Below the pieces are notes generated by a model, which was not told the origin of the DNA, ran no database searches, and saw only the letters and a list, made by a program, of their open reading frames with translations. Shown here piece after piece: positions 24,270 to 36,845 of a stretch of DNA of 64,000 bases. Source of the stretch: Octopus sinensis. Lineage: Eukaryota. The position numbers were made by a program, and so were the translations under genes. Each line of letters opens with the position of its first letter. The first letter of the stretch is position 1. Where the stretch lies: positions 43,152,001 to 43,216,000 of the forward strand of contig NC_043015.1 of the NCBI RefSeq assembly GCF_006345805.1, in the 5' to 3' direction.

Positions 24270-26141
24270 AGTATATATTGCGGACCACGTTCATCCTTTG
24301 ACCTTGAAATAAATCATTCTTACCTAAAGTTCGCCTAAACCCTTGTAATGAAGCCCTTGAAGGAGGAGGAGGGGGTAAAAATATGTTATGTTACATGAAA
24401 TGTTTTCATTTGTTTATTGCTAAAGTGACCTCCATCTTCAACATTTATTTGTTTGACCTGCAAGTTCACCTCTCAAAGCTTTCGCAATGAAGAACGGCGC
24501 AGTGTTTGTGCGAAGATGTAATTACACATTCCTTCTTATTAGAATTCATTCATATTTGCTTTTCTAATGGAGTTCCTTAGCAGCTGTGTCTTTTGTGGAA
24601 TTCTAGCATACGATTCCCTCAAACTTTGAACACGAAAACGAAAAAGAAACAATAAGAGGGAGAAATAAAAGAACGGATCGTAATGTTAATGCGAAAATTT
24701 AAATAAGACTTAATGAGCTTTGCAATAGAACAAGAATTCGAATAACGCATTTTAGATAACGCAAGTAATTGCCATCTTTCCGGTTTGAACCACCTCTTCC
24801 AATTTTATTCAAAATTCCTATACAGATATAGTTTTCCATGTCGATAACAAAATCCGCAACTATTTTTTCTTTCCTATCTTTATCTTTTTCTTTTGAGAAG
24901 CGAACTATCAAAAAATAACGAACCTTTTAAGATAGAAATATTTTTTGTAAATTTAGCCAATCGGATTCAGCTAATTCCAACATCTCATCTAGCAGACAAT
25001 ATTATCTGAAGATGCTCCCATAACAGTCAACAAAAGGTTAAACGTTTATGCAGGCCACGGGCAACCAGTGGCCTGTCTAACATTGCGGCCCGCTGTATGA
25101 TGAGCCGCGTTCGAACTTCAATGATTCGCAAAATAGACTCGGTATCTCTGCAAGCTCATGTGGCACAGCAGGTATGAAGTACAAGACTTGTTTCTAAAGA
25201 TACTGCAACGAATATACCAGTTTCGTTAATTTCATATTCCGTTACGTTGTTATATTTTATCATCGTTTTCTTTTTATTGACTATCCAGGTGTTTTAGTTT
25301 CATTTCGGCTGTTATTTCTATGCGATATTCATCAGATGTAAAAAAAATTACACTTATGTTGAAAATATGTAAACAATTAGTCGAGGATTGAAAAAAACCC
25401 AAAAAAAAAAAACAACTTCAAATAGTTGGAAGAAAATGGAAAAAAACCATCCAATCTTACTTTCTCTAAAAAGTAAACGATTTGTCATTTTTACTTCGCA
25501 CTTTGGAAACAAATGAAAGTCAAAAAATAAAAAAATGATTCACACAACATAGCGACGGCGAGGAGCAAACGATTGGATCTGATTGGTTTAAAGTTACAAA
25601 AATCAATAAAATTAATTTAAAAATTCAACTTTTAAAGGTTCTTGGCTTTTTTTTTCTATAATTAATTTCTCCAAAAATGTTTGTGACTATCAAGCAAAAA
25701 TTATATTTGCGTATGTGTAAAATAGATAAATAATAAACAAAAAACCCAAGATGCAGTTCAAACTGGAAAAGAAAAGAAAAACATCCCGTAATTGAATGTG
25801 ACATTGTCACAGAAGGTAAACATTTACGTCACTGAGCCGCGAATTAACCTGAAGCCATCTGACACTATTTACATTTACATTAATAGTAAATTCCATTTCG
25901 AGAGGCTTTTGAAACGAGTCGATAAACCTTTAGTGTCAATCATTTGCGTGAAAGAAGGTTTGTTGTTTAACAGCTTCGTATGTTATTAAATCGCTCTTTC
26001 TTCCGTGGGGGAAGCGGTTTCAGCTTCACCACGCGATCCTCAGGTCAAGTCACACTTGCCAATCAAGTACAGCCGGGAAATTCCGAAAGCCTCAGCTAAA
26101 CTGCGTAGAAGGAAAAGGGGAAAAGAAAACCAACACTGAGC

Positions 26142-26327
26142 GATCTTTCGGTACAAGTACCATAACTGCCAAGTCTGTTTACATTTGAAGAAGTTTCCGT
26201 AAAGCTTTTTTAATATACGTGGGCTTAGGGTTAGGGGTGGGGGGAAAGGGTTTCTTTTGTCTTTAAAAATGTAAATAAACCCACGTGGGTTTATACTTGG
26301 CAGTCATGGTACTTGTACCGAAAGATC
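26142..26327. mobile_element. Short MITE related to family T, with internal TTAGGGTTAGGG
   Basis: 33-bp TIRs GATCTTTCGGTACAAGTACCATAACTGCCAAGT ... ACTTGGCAGTCATGGTACTTGTACCGAAAGATC (one mismatch). Confidence 0.85.
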
Positions 26328-26638
26328 ACCTACTTTTTTTAAAAAACAAAGTAAATAAAACACAAAAACACAAAGTAAGGATCGACTAGTCACGATTATC
26401 TAGCGGTAGGTTTTTCGATCAAAAGGGATCGTAAAAAGGAAAGAAAAGAGAAAAAACGATCAATAGGGATCGTGTATCACAGAAATGTCATGATATAGAT
26501 TGTAAAGGGAGAAGCAGTTAAGGTTTATCCGTGGACAGAAAAGCCTACGAAAAAGACCACGGTAACCTCGGTCAATAATGTCACATGTTAACACATTCAT
26601 TTGCAAGTAAGTAACTCTGTTTTAAATTTAGATAGATA

Positions 26639-27003
26639 GGCGCAGGAGTGGCTGTGTGGTAAGTAGCTTGCTAATCAACCACATGGTTCCGGGTTCAGCC
26701 CCACTGCGTGGCATCTTGGGCAAGTGTCTTCTGCTATAGCCTCGGGCCGACCAATGCCTTGTGAGTGGATTTGGTAGACGGAAACTGAAAGAAGCCCGTC
26801 GTATATATGTATGTATATATATATATATATATGTGTGTGTATGTGTTTGTGTCTGTGTTTGTCCCCCTAGCATTGCTTGACAACTGATGCTGGTGTGTTT
26901 ACGTCCCTGTCACTTAGCGGTTCGGCAAAAGAGACCGATAGAATAAGTACTGGCGGTGCTCCAGCATGGCCGCAGTCAAATAACTGAAACAAGTAAAAGA
27001 GTA
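26639..27003 (+). mobile_element. tRNA-derived SINE family A (CORE-like body, internal AT/GT microsatellite)
   Basis: GGCGCAGGAGTGGCTGTGTGGTAAG A-box, GGGTTCAG B-box, GCATCTTGGGCAAGTGTCTT CORE-like segment, tail CAGTCAAAT.ACTGAAACAAGTAAAAGAG; more than 12 copies or fragments in the window. Confidence 0.9.
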
Positions 27004-27348
27004 AGAGAGATAGATAGATAATAAATAGATAGATAGGTATTGATTAAGCGTTTCTTGTTTACAATCTTCATTACATATTTACAAAGTAAATAAACAAACA
27101 CAAACTATGATTATGATAATATCCGCATCGAGACAGACACGAGCTCACTGAATCAGATACAAAACATTCCACATTAACAAATGAAACTATGGAAACTATG
27201 TGACATACATATTATAAACAGAAATACAAAACATGAACGAATTTTAGACATATACGAAACAGGCATTGTATGTGATCACAAAAAATACTTTTACAAACTA
27301 TGAACTGAATGTAATATGAATGACTCACATATGCATGAGGTGAATAGG

Positions 27349-27772
27349 ATCTTTTCGGTTTGAACGGCAGTTTTTTTTCTAGCGGTGTCATATGAAATTG
27401 TCACCCATAATTATGACCCTAGTATCGATCTATTGCATTTCAATCTGTTTTAGGGTTAGGGCTAGAGTTACGGTTAGTTAGGGGTATCTTTATTTCTTCA
27501 CAAATGTAAATAAACCCAATCTGTTTCTTAGACGAGGGACATATTCATACGGCACAGAATGTTTTTTTTTTTACCTCAATAGATGTCAGTGATTGGTTGA
27601 AATTGCAGAAATTGAAGAAAAAAAACAACAAATATCTTACAAACAATAGAATTTTCTCAATAAAGCTAAGAGAAAATGATGTTTTATAAACACATTCTAC
27701 CAGTATATGAAGTTTAAAATTTTTTAGTTACCTAGAAATTGTGTTAAAAACTGCCGTTCAAACCGAAAAGAT
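27349..27772 (+). mobile_element. MITE family T, complete copy
   Basis: 27-bp perfect TIRs ATCTTTTCGGTTTGAACGGCAGTTTTT / AAAAACTGCCGTTCAAACCGAAAAGAT; internal TTAGGG-like run at about 27450-27484. Confidence 0.9.
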
Positions 27773-28352
27773 TAAATTTTTTTTTTATACACAATGGGTT
27801 TTTTTTTATAAGAGTTTTAACTTCTTGTTTGCTTTGTCTCTTGGTCTTAACAAATCTTACAGCCATATCAGATAATTTCCTGACCCTAGAAAATGCTTAA
27901 AAAAAACCCCTTTCAGGCGGTGCTCCAGTATGGCCACAGTCAAATCATTGAAACAAAAGAATAAAAGTATATATGTATCTCCATTCAAGTTATTACCTCC
28001 CTTGGCATAAGCATAACACACGGACGAAACAGACACGAGCACAGGAATGCGTATAACAATTATAGCTGTTTTCCTCAGACAGCGAAGAAAGCCAAACTGT
28101 TTTCTAACCATTTAATAACTTGCTGGCAGTAATCACACTTAAAAGAAAAATCTGACACAGATCAATATTATCCATTATGAATATAAAGACAGGATGGAAA
28201 GCAATTCCCAAATAACATTTAACCTACAACAATACTTCCGATTTGAAATTGTGTAAGCAAAGGACATTCTCTTTTTATATCAAACCCTGTACGTATTCCT
28301 AATGCCCATATAAGTATTAGGGTACCTCGTTTGTAGAATTTCATAAAATTCG

Positions 28353-29130
28353 TGGAGGCGCAATGGCCCAGTGGTTAGGGCAGCGGACTCGCGGTCATAG
28401 GATCTCGGTTTCGATTCCCAGACCGGGCGTTGTGAGTGTTTATTGAGCGAAAACACCTAAAGCTCCACGAGGCTCCGGCAGGGGATGGTGGTGATCCCTG
28501 CTGTACTCTTTCACCACAACTTTCTCTCACTCTTACTTCCTGTTTCTGTTGTACCTGTATTTCAAAGGGGCCGGCCTTGTCACTCTCTGTGTCACGCCGA
28601 ATATCCCCGAGAACTACGTTAAGGGTACACGTGTCTGTGGAGTGCTCAGCCACTTACACGTTAATTTCACGAGCAGGCTGTTCCGTTGATTCAGATCTCT
28701 CTTTACTCTTTTACTCTTTTACTTGTTTCAGTCATTTGACTGCGGCCATGCTGGAGCACCGCCTTTAGTCGATCAAATCGACCCCGGGACTTATTCTTTG
28801 TAAGCCCAGTACTTATTCTATCGGTCTCTTTTGCCGAACCGCTAAGTGATGGGGACGTAAACATACCAGCATCGGTTGTCAAGCAATGCTAGGGGGACAA
28901 ACACAGGCACATAACCCCCCCCCCACATATATATATATATACGACAGGCTTCTTTCAGTTTCCGTCTACCAAATCCACTCACAAGGCTTTGGTCGGCCCG
29001 GGGCTATAGCAGAAGACACTTGCCCAACATGCCACGCAGTGGGACTGAACCCGGAACCATGTGGTTGGTAAACAAGCTACATACCACACAGCAACCGGAA
29101 CCCTCGTCGTCGTAACCGATGGAGTGCTCC
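28353..29130 (+). mobile_element. tRNA-derived SINE family E, split by a family A insertion (about 28700-29091, minus strand)
   Basis: Head GGCGCAATGGCCCAGTGGTTAGGGCAGCGG...GGTTTCGATTCCC. The GC-rich sequence after the A element (GCAACCGGAACCCTCGTCGTCGTAACCGA) is inferred to be its resumed tail. Confidence 0.7.
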
Positions 29131-29399
29131 CCCCCCCTTCATAAAATTCAGAACATTGTGGATGGAAGCAAAATGAGTATAAGACTCTTTGTTCTATGTC
29201 TGTGCTAAATGGTAAGCTTCTTGGCACTGTCCCTAAACCAAACAAAAAAAAATCACAGCAGAATTAAAACAGAAAATAAAGATTTATTATCAGCTCACAA
29301 CACTCCTGGAGTTGATAATGGAATTATCATTTGTACAGCAGAGAAGGACTGAGTCAGAAAATTAGCAGAGACCTTAGATAACGAAGTTAGATGAAACGA

Positions 29400-29910
29400 G
29401 TGGAAGAAAGAACGGAAGAGAAAGAACGAAACGGTGAGAGAAGGAATTTAGAGAGAAAGTGAGAGGAAGACGAATAGAGAGAGAGAGAGAGTGAGTGAGA
29501 GAGAGAGAGAAAGAATGGTAAAGAGAAATAAGTGAATGAGAGAATGGTAGAATGAAAGAAGGTGAAAGAACAATGGAGAGCTTAAAGGAGAGAGAGAGAG
29601 AGAGAGAAGAGAAAGGATATGAGAAGGGGAAAGAAAGGATAATAGAGAGAGTGGGAAGAGAAAGGATAATAGAGAGAGTGAGAAGAGAAAGGATAATAGA
29701 GAGAGTGGGAAGAGAAAGAATGATAGAGAGAGAGAGGGGGAAAAAGAAAAGGAGAGAAAGGCAAATGGAGGGAAAGAAGAGTGGTGATGGGGGTAGGAGA
29801 AAGGCTGACAGACTTGAGAGAAAGAAAGGGTGAGAAAGGAAGGAAGAACAATAGAGAGAGAGTACAATAGAAATAACAAGAGAGAGAGGGAGACAGACAG
29901 ACAGACAGAA
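29400..29910. repeat. GA-rich tract with a 27-bp minisatellite (GAAAGGATAATAGAGAGAGTGGGAAGA, about 4 copies)
   Basis: Directly visible at about 29630-29730. Confidence 0.9.
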
Positions 29911-30247
29911 AATTATTTATAGCTCCTAAAAATACCCAGAAACATTCTGGGTTTTCACCAGCAGAACTTCTCCAACGAATGATATGGAAAGCTTGAGGAC
30001 GGAGACTATATTTAAAACATAGTAAATGACAACCAACATTTGTTAACAGATAAATAAACCATCAACTGAAAGATTCCCACCCCCACCCTTCACTCTCCCT
30101 CTCTCTCTCTCACTTTGATGGTTTTTGCTTTTTGTTCTTGCTGCTGCTGTTATTTATATGAAACTGTATTGTAATGGTAGATTTGTTTTTTTGTTTTTTT
30201 AATATTTACTTTGCTTTCGCACCCACCCCACCCCCGTCATTTCATTA

Positions 30248-30412
30248 CAGTTCTCTATTTAAGAGGTGAGGAATTTTGTGCATTATTTGACAGATATTAG
30301 AACTCATTTTGTTTGTTGTTAACACGTTTCGGCTGATATACCCTCCAGCCTTCTTCAGGTGTATTGGGGAAATTTTTTTAGGTATCTTGGGGAAATTTGT
30401 TAACAACAAACA
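30248..30412 (-). mobile_element. Penelope-like terminal fragment with a hammerhead-like core
   Basis: Minus strand: ACAC-CTGAAGA-A-GGCTG-GAGGGTATAT-CAGCC-GAAACGTGTTAAC. Confidence 0.6.
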
Positions 30413-30587
30413 AGATAAGGACAGGAGGTTGGTGGAAAGCAAAGGCATACTCCCCACAGAAAATCCAGCTCCAAAAAAGCCTCATGATAGCAAAGAAGCA
30501 TGGGCACAAGCTGGCCCAAAGGTTGGGGTGGGCTGCACCTGCCTACCTCTGTTGCATGGCATTGAAGTAGATCCAGCCAACCCCATT

Positions 30588-30825
30588 AACACACCAGCAT
30601 CGGTTGTCAAGTGATGTTGGGGGGACAAACACATACACACACATACATACATATATATACACACAACGGGCTTCTTTCAGTTTCCGTCTACCAAATCCAC
30701 TCACAAGGCTTTGGTCAGCCCGAGGATATAGTAGAAGACACTTGCACAAGGTGCCATGCAGTGGGACTGAACCCAAACCATGTGGCTTGTAAGCAAGCTA
30801 CTTACCACACAGCCACTCCTACGCC
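30588..30825 (-). mobile_element. SINE family A, 5' portion
   Basis: Matches family A. Confidence 0.85.
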
Positions 30826-31781
30826 TTATATAATAATAATAATGGTTTTAAATTTTGTTACAAAGCCAGTAAGTTTGGTGGTGGGGGTAAGTCAATCACA
30901 TTTGACCCCAGTGTTCAACTGGTACTTATTTTGAAAACCCCAAAAGGATGAAAGACAAAGTCAACCTTGGCGGAATTTGAACTCAGAACGTAAAGATAGA
31001 CAATAAAATGCTGCTAAATATTTTGCTCGGCATGATTCTCCCAGCTCACTGCCTTAAAATCATCAACAACAACAACAATAATAATAATAATAATACAGAA
31101 ATAAAGTGAAACAACAAAGAATATTGGATCCGATTTGATCCGATTGAAAGCAGCAAATTCGTGACCATCCAGAAAAGTTAGGGGTGAGGATTACTGCAAG
31201 TGGTGTGAAGGAGAAATCATTGAAATATTTTTTGTTCCAAGGTCGGTTATAAATCAAGTTGTTAGAGCTGAACAGGATTAAAAAGCAAGATGTCAGAAGC
31301 TAAATAAAAGGAAAAAAAAATTTTTAATCTCCTTTATTTATTTTTTTACTCTTTTAAATTAATTTTATTTTATCTTTTTTATTTCCATTCACTACATTTC
31401 TATTCCACGAAAAAAAAAAAAAAAAAAATTATTTCAAAATTGAATCAAAACCATTTGCCGATATTTTGAAGTCAGTCAAACTTTATCATCATCGGCATCA
31501 TCATCATCATCATCATCATCATTGGTGGAGAGGAAACGCTCTCTCTCTCTCTCTCTCTCTCCCTCTTCCCATGAATTTGTAAAAAAGTGAGTTACTGTGG
31601 CAAAAATGGTTCAGATGAAAGGACCTACTTTAAGCACGTGCCTGTAAACTGGAGAACAGTTGGGTAAGGGTTCATGCATTTAGGGGTCAAGGTGATCCTC
31701 AATCTGTGGGGTTCCTTGGTTGCCCTATTTAGAGGTTCTCTTCTATCAGGAGGACTGAGTCATTCATAAATTTACATATCT

Positions 31782-32232
31782 TATTTCTTTATTGCCCACA
31801 AGGGGCTAAACATAGAGGGGACAAACAAGGACAGACAAACGGATTAAGTAGATTACATCGACCCTAGTGCGGAACTGGTATTTAATTTATCGACCCCGAA
31901 AGGATGAAAGGCAAAGTTGACCTTGGCAGAATTTGAACTCAGAATGTAACGGCAGACGAAATACCTATTTCTTTACTACCCACAAGGGGCTAAACACAGA
32001 GAGGACAAACAAGGACAGACAGATGGATTAAATCGATTACATCAACCCCAGTGCGTAACTGGTACTTAATTTATCGACCCCGAAAGGATGAAAGACAAAG
32101 TCAACCTCGGCGGAATTTGAACTCAGAACGTAACGGTAGACAAAATACCTATTTCTTTATTGCCCACAAGGGGCTAAACACAGAGAAGACAAACGGATTA
32201 AGTCAATTATATCGATCCCAGAGCATAACTGG
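31782..32232 (-). mobile_element. SINE family B trimer
   Basis: Units joined at GAC(G/A)AAATACCTATTTCTTT (about 31956 and 32139). Confidence 0.9.
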
Positions 32233-32319
32233 CACAGAAGCCAGTCAAGGCAGCGCTAGCAACTACCACATTCTGATTTTTATTACTATTATTTATATTA
32301 TTATTATTATTATTGAAAC

Positions 32320-33015
32320 AGTAACCTGGCAGAATCATTAGCACCCTGGATGAAATACCTGGTGGTATTTTACCCATAGCTACATTCTGAGTTCAAATTC
32401 CACTGAAGTTGACCTTGCTTTTCATCATTTCGGGGTCGATAAATTGAGTACCGGTGAAACAGTGAGGTCAACGTAATAGACTAGCCCCCTCAACTCAAAT
32501 TTCAGGCCTTGTGCCTTTAATAGAAAGGATTGTTATCATTTATTATAATTATTATTATTATTATTATTAAGGCATTGAGCTGACAGAATTGGTAACACAC
32601 TGGACGAAATACTTGGCCGTATTTTACCCATTGCTATATTCTCAGTTCAAATTCCACCGAGGTTGACTTTGCCTTTCATCCTTTCTGGGTTGATAAATTA
32701 AGTACCAGTGAAACACCGGGGTCGGTGTACTCAACTAGTCCCCTCTCCCAAAATTTCAGGCCTTGTGCCTATAGTAGAAAGGATCATTATCATTATTATT
32801 ATTATTATTATAAGGCAATGAACTGGCAGAATCCTTAGCAAGTTGGACAAAATGCTCAACGGTATTTCATCTGTCTTAATGTTCTGAGTTCAAATCTCAC
32901 TGAGGTTGACTTCGACTTACATACTTCTGGGGGTCAATAAGATAAGTATCTGTTCCCATCATTAATCAACTAGCCTTACCCCCATCATTAAATTTCAAGC
33001 TTTGTACCTATAGTA
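32320..33015 (+). mobile_element. Three head-to-tail SINE B copies (ATT-tail subtype) separated by (TTA)n
   Basis: Each unit runs CTG(G/A)CAGAAT ... AAATTTCA(G/A)GC(C/T)TTGT(G/A)CCT; the first two end in ..AGAAAGGAT followed by (TAT)n. Confidence 0.85.
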
Positions 33016-33542
33016 GTAATTCTGTGTTTGTACTGTATTTCTCATCCATTGCCCTGGTAGCAAATAAAAGAAATTGTTATTGCTATGATTATTATTATTT
33101 TTGCCATTATTATTATTATTATTAGTAGTAGTAGTAGTAGTGTTGTTATTATTATGGCTGTGCGTAACAGGATTAATAGAGACAGAACTAGGTTTATTTT
33201 TTTTTATTTTTTGGATGCAAGAGGATAGACATTCAACTGTAAGATTGATTCAGTCAAGCCATGCAAGCGTTAATAAAATAAAACAGTTTTCCTATCTTCT
33301 CTTTTTCTCTCTATCTCTCTCAGTAATAGCAATAATAATAATAATAATAATGACGATGATGATGATGATGATAATAATGATAATAATAATCTTAATAATG
33401 ATCGTTATTTCATGCTAGGATGGATTTAAGGGGGGAAAAAAAAGCAGAATGAAAAGTAGATCCTTGTTGTTAGACATGAAATGTTAGAGCAGATTTGAAT
33501 TTTGAGTTCAACAACCTCGTTAATGCTTATTGCTCAACACAT

Positions 33543-33574
<32 letters not shown>

Positions 33575-33729
33575 TATATATATATATAATATATATATAT
33601 ATATCAGTCAGTACTGTTATTGTTTAGAACTCAGTTAATCCCAACTGAGCATGATCAATGGTCGAAGGCATTCAAGCCATGACCACCCCATCCTAACTGA
33701 TAATTTTTATTCTCACTGCTTCATGTCCA

Positions 33730-33981
33730 CAGGAGTGGCTGTGTGGTAAGAAGCTTGCTTCCCAACCACATGGTTCTGGGTTCAGTCCCACTGCATGACA
33801 TCTTGGGCAAGTGTCTTCTGTAGCCTCAGGCTGACCAAAGCCTTGTGTGTGGATTTGGCCAGATGGAAACTGAAAGAAGCCCGTTGTTCCCTTTTTTGTA
33901 TTATCTGGATGTTTTGCGTTCTTGCCCCATTTTTGGTATTTCTTTTTATATAAATATAGCGGCGTACATACACTTTGTTCA

Positions 33982-34021
<40 letters not shown>

Positions 34022-34259
34022 CGTAAAAAGCACCATCCAAACGTGGCCGCTGCCAGCCACCCCTGGCACCTGTGCCGGTGGCACGTAAAAAGCACCCACT
34101 ACACTCACTGAGTGGTTGGCGTTAGGAAGGGCATCCAGCTGTAGAAACACTGCCAGATCAGACTGGAGCCTGGTGCAGCCTCCTGGCTTCCCAGACCCCG
34201 GTTGAACCATCCAACCCATGCTAGCACAGAAAACGGATGTTAAACGATGATGATGATGA

Positions 34260-34263
<4 letters not shown>
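33730..34263 (+). mobile_element. Family A head joined to a family D tail, with intervening AT-rich sequence
   Basis: A head at 33730-33887 and D tail at 34017-34263; the same arrangement occurs at about 44500-45030. Confidence 0.75.
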
Positions 34264-34293
<30 letters not shown>

Positions 34294-34624
34294 GCATATG
34301 TATATGGATGTATAAGAGAATAATTTTATAATTTTGTTAAACCAAAAAGCAATTTCGTTAAAATTAGGGCTTAAATGGACTCTGTTCTGGTTACCTTACT
34401 CTTTATTTTTTATATATATATCCTTTATACATTTATATTATTCTAGCTCCATTGCCTTCAATTTTTAGTCACCTTTATTATCCATGAATTTATTCCATAT
34501 ATTTTTCTTCATTCGACTTCATTTGTATTACCATTTTAGGTTTTATCACATTTTATTTATGTATTTGTATATATTTTATACTGGTGGGTTTTACCATTGG
34601 GTGCCCTGTTTTAATATATACTCT

Positions 34625-35005
34625 CTTTTACTCTTTTACTTGTTTCAGTCATTTGACTGTGGCCATGCTGGAGCACCGCCTTTAGTCGAGCAAATCGACC
34701 CCGGGACTTATTCTTTGTAAGCCCAGTACTTATTCCATCGGTCTCTTTTGCTGAACCGTAAACACACCAGCATTGGTTGTCAAGCAATGCTAGGGGGACA
34801 AACACAAACACATACATATATATATATACATATACATATATACGACAGGCTTCTTTCAGTTTCCGTCTACCAAATCCACTCACAAGGCATTGGTCGGCCC
34901 GGGCTATAGCAGAAGACACTTGCCCAAGATGCCACGCAGTGGGACTGAACCCGGAACCATGTGGTTGGTTAGCAAGCTACTTACCACACAGCCACTCCTG
35001 TGCCT
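34625..35005 (-). mobile_element. SINE family A, full length
   Basis: Matches family A. Confidence 0.9.
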
Positions 35006-36187
35006 ATATATTTGTTCGAGTTTTGATAATTTGGGAATGATATAAAGTTGTTTTGACTGATTGGACCATTTATTTGTTATACCTTTCACTTTATATATGT
35101 ATGTATTTGCGTGTTTGTGTTTGTCACCCCCACCATTGCTTGACAATCTGTAGTACAAATATTTTGTTCTCAAAAGATTTAAATTAAAATCTTCTACCAA
35201 AATTTTGTCACAATTTATGTTCCTGACACTAGCTTAATGATAACTATATCATTTTACTAAATACCTTGTTATATTAAAAATTAATTGAAAGAAGCACAGA
35301 GCATCTCAAAGTAAATACAGTAACGAGAGGGTTAAGGAATATACCTTTCTGGAAAATAAAATTTGGAATATAGAATTAAACACAAAAATGACTGAAAAAA
35401 AACACTCAGCTTCGACAAATTCTGTCTGAATCGTAAGCATGGAATAGTGGAAGTTAAAACAATAATAATAATAATAATAAAGCTATTTATCATGGTTTCT
35501 TGAGGAATCTTTAGTGACTTCTCAAGGAACCCCTAGCTGAGAAACACCAATATAGAGAATCTTTGTTGGCATTGAAACCAGTTGATGTGCTGTTTGTGTG
35601 GGTACATTGCCAAAACCGGAGTCATTCTGATCTGACTTGGCACAGGTATCCCAAGGCCAAACACTCCCTTCCACCTAAATTATGTAATAGTTGGGGGTTT
35701 TTTTTTGCTTGTTTTATGTGCTTTTTTTTTTTTTACTCCAAAGCATTGTTCACAATACTCAAGCATCTAAGTCAACACAGTGTTTTTGTTTGTTTTGTCT
35801 TCTTTCAACCTTCAAAATTTCAGAGTTCTACATGTCTGTGCATGGATTTGATCCAAGGTCATGCAATCAAGCTGAAACATTACATCATAGTAGAGTCATG
35901 GTAACCATTTATTACCATGCACCAACAATATTAGTAATTTTATGTCTACTTTTCCATGCTGGCATGAGTTGGGAGAGAACTTTTGAGGCAGAGTTTTATG
36001 ACTAATCTTTCCTGTTTTGGGAGATGTTGCATGCTCTCCTACTTTCATATCCAATAGGTAGTGCTATGGAGAGCAAGGCTGTGAAAGCCATTCCACAAAA
36101 CGTTCCAACTCCAAATCACCAATTTATGGTACTACAAACACTACTATAACCTGACGAGTGAATTTGGTAGACAGAAACTAGGTAGAA

Positions 36188-36600
36188 GGCGGCGAGCTGG
36201 CAGAAACGTTAGCACACCGGGCGAAATGCTTAGCGGTATTTCGTTTGCTGATACGTTCTAAGTTCAAATTCCATCGAGGTCGACTTTGCCTTTCATCCTT
36301 TCGGGGTCAATTAAATAAGTACCAGTTACGCACTGGGGTCGATATAATTGACTTAATCCGTTTGTGTGTCCTTGTTTGTCCCCTCTGTGTTTAGCCCCTT
36401 GTGGGTAGTAAAGAAAGAGGTATTTTGTTTGTCATTATGTTCTGAGTTCAAATTCCACCGAGGTCGACTTCGCCTTTCATCCTTTCGGGGTTGATTAAAT
36501 ATGTACCATTTACGCACTGGGGTCAATATAATCAACTTAATCTGTTTGTCTGTCCTTGTTTGTCCCCTCTGTGTTTAGCCCCTTGTGGGTAGTAAAGAAA
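36188..36600 (+). mobile_element. SINE family B dimer
   Basis: Full head, then the second unit starts at AAAGAAAGAG|GTATTTTG (about 36420). Confidence 0.9.
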
Positions 36601-36845
36601 CATTTTTTCACGCTGAGAGTTGCTGAAGCGTGGAACAAACTGCCGGCATCGGTTGTTAGTTGTCGGAGCACTGCATCCTTCAAAACTTCCATGCTTCCTG
36701 AGATTCGCCAACACTACACTTGATACACACAAGCATGTTCACTTTCCAGACATTTCTACATTACTGCATGTACTTTATATGCACTTTCTGACAAGTTGTG
36801 GTGCACCTGAGCACTGTATACAATAATTTCATTATTATTTATTAT
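36601..36845 (+). mobile_element. 3' fragment of a CR1/L2-type LINE (ORF2 C-terminus, 3' UTR and (ATT)n tail)
   Basis: 36601-36723 translates HFFTLRVAEAWNKLPASVVSCRSTASFKTSMLPEIRQHYT*, matching the FF..RV...WN.LP..VV motif of CR1/L2/Jockey-group ORF2 ends. A second copy lies at about 49840-49980(-). Confidence 0.85.
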
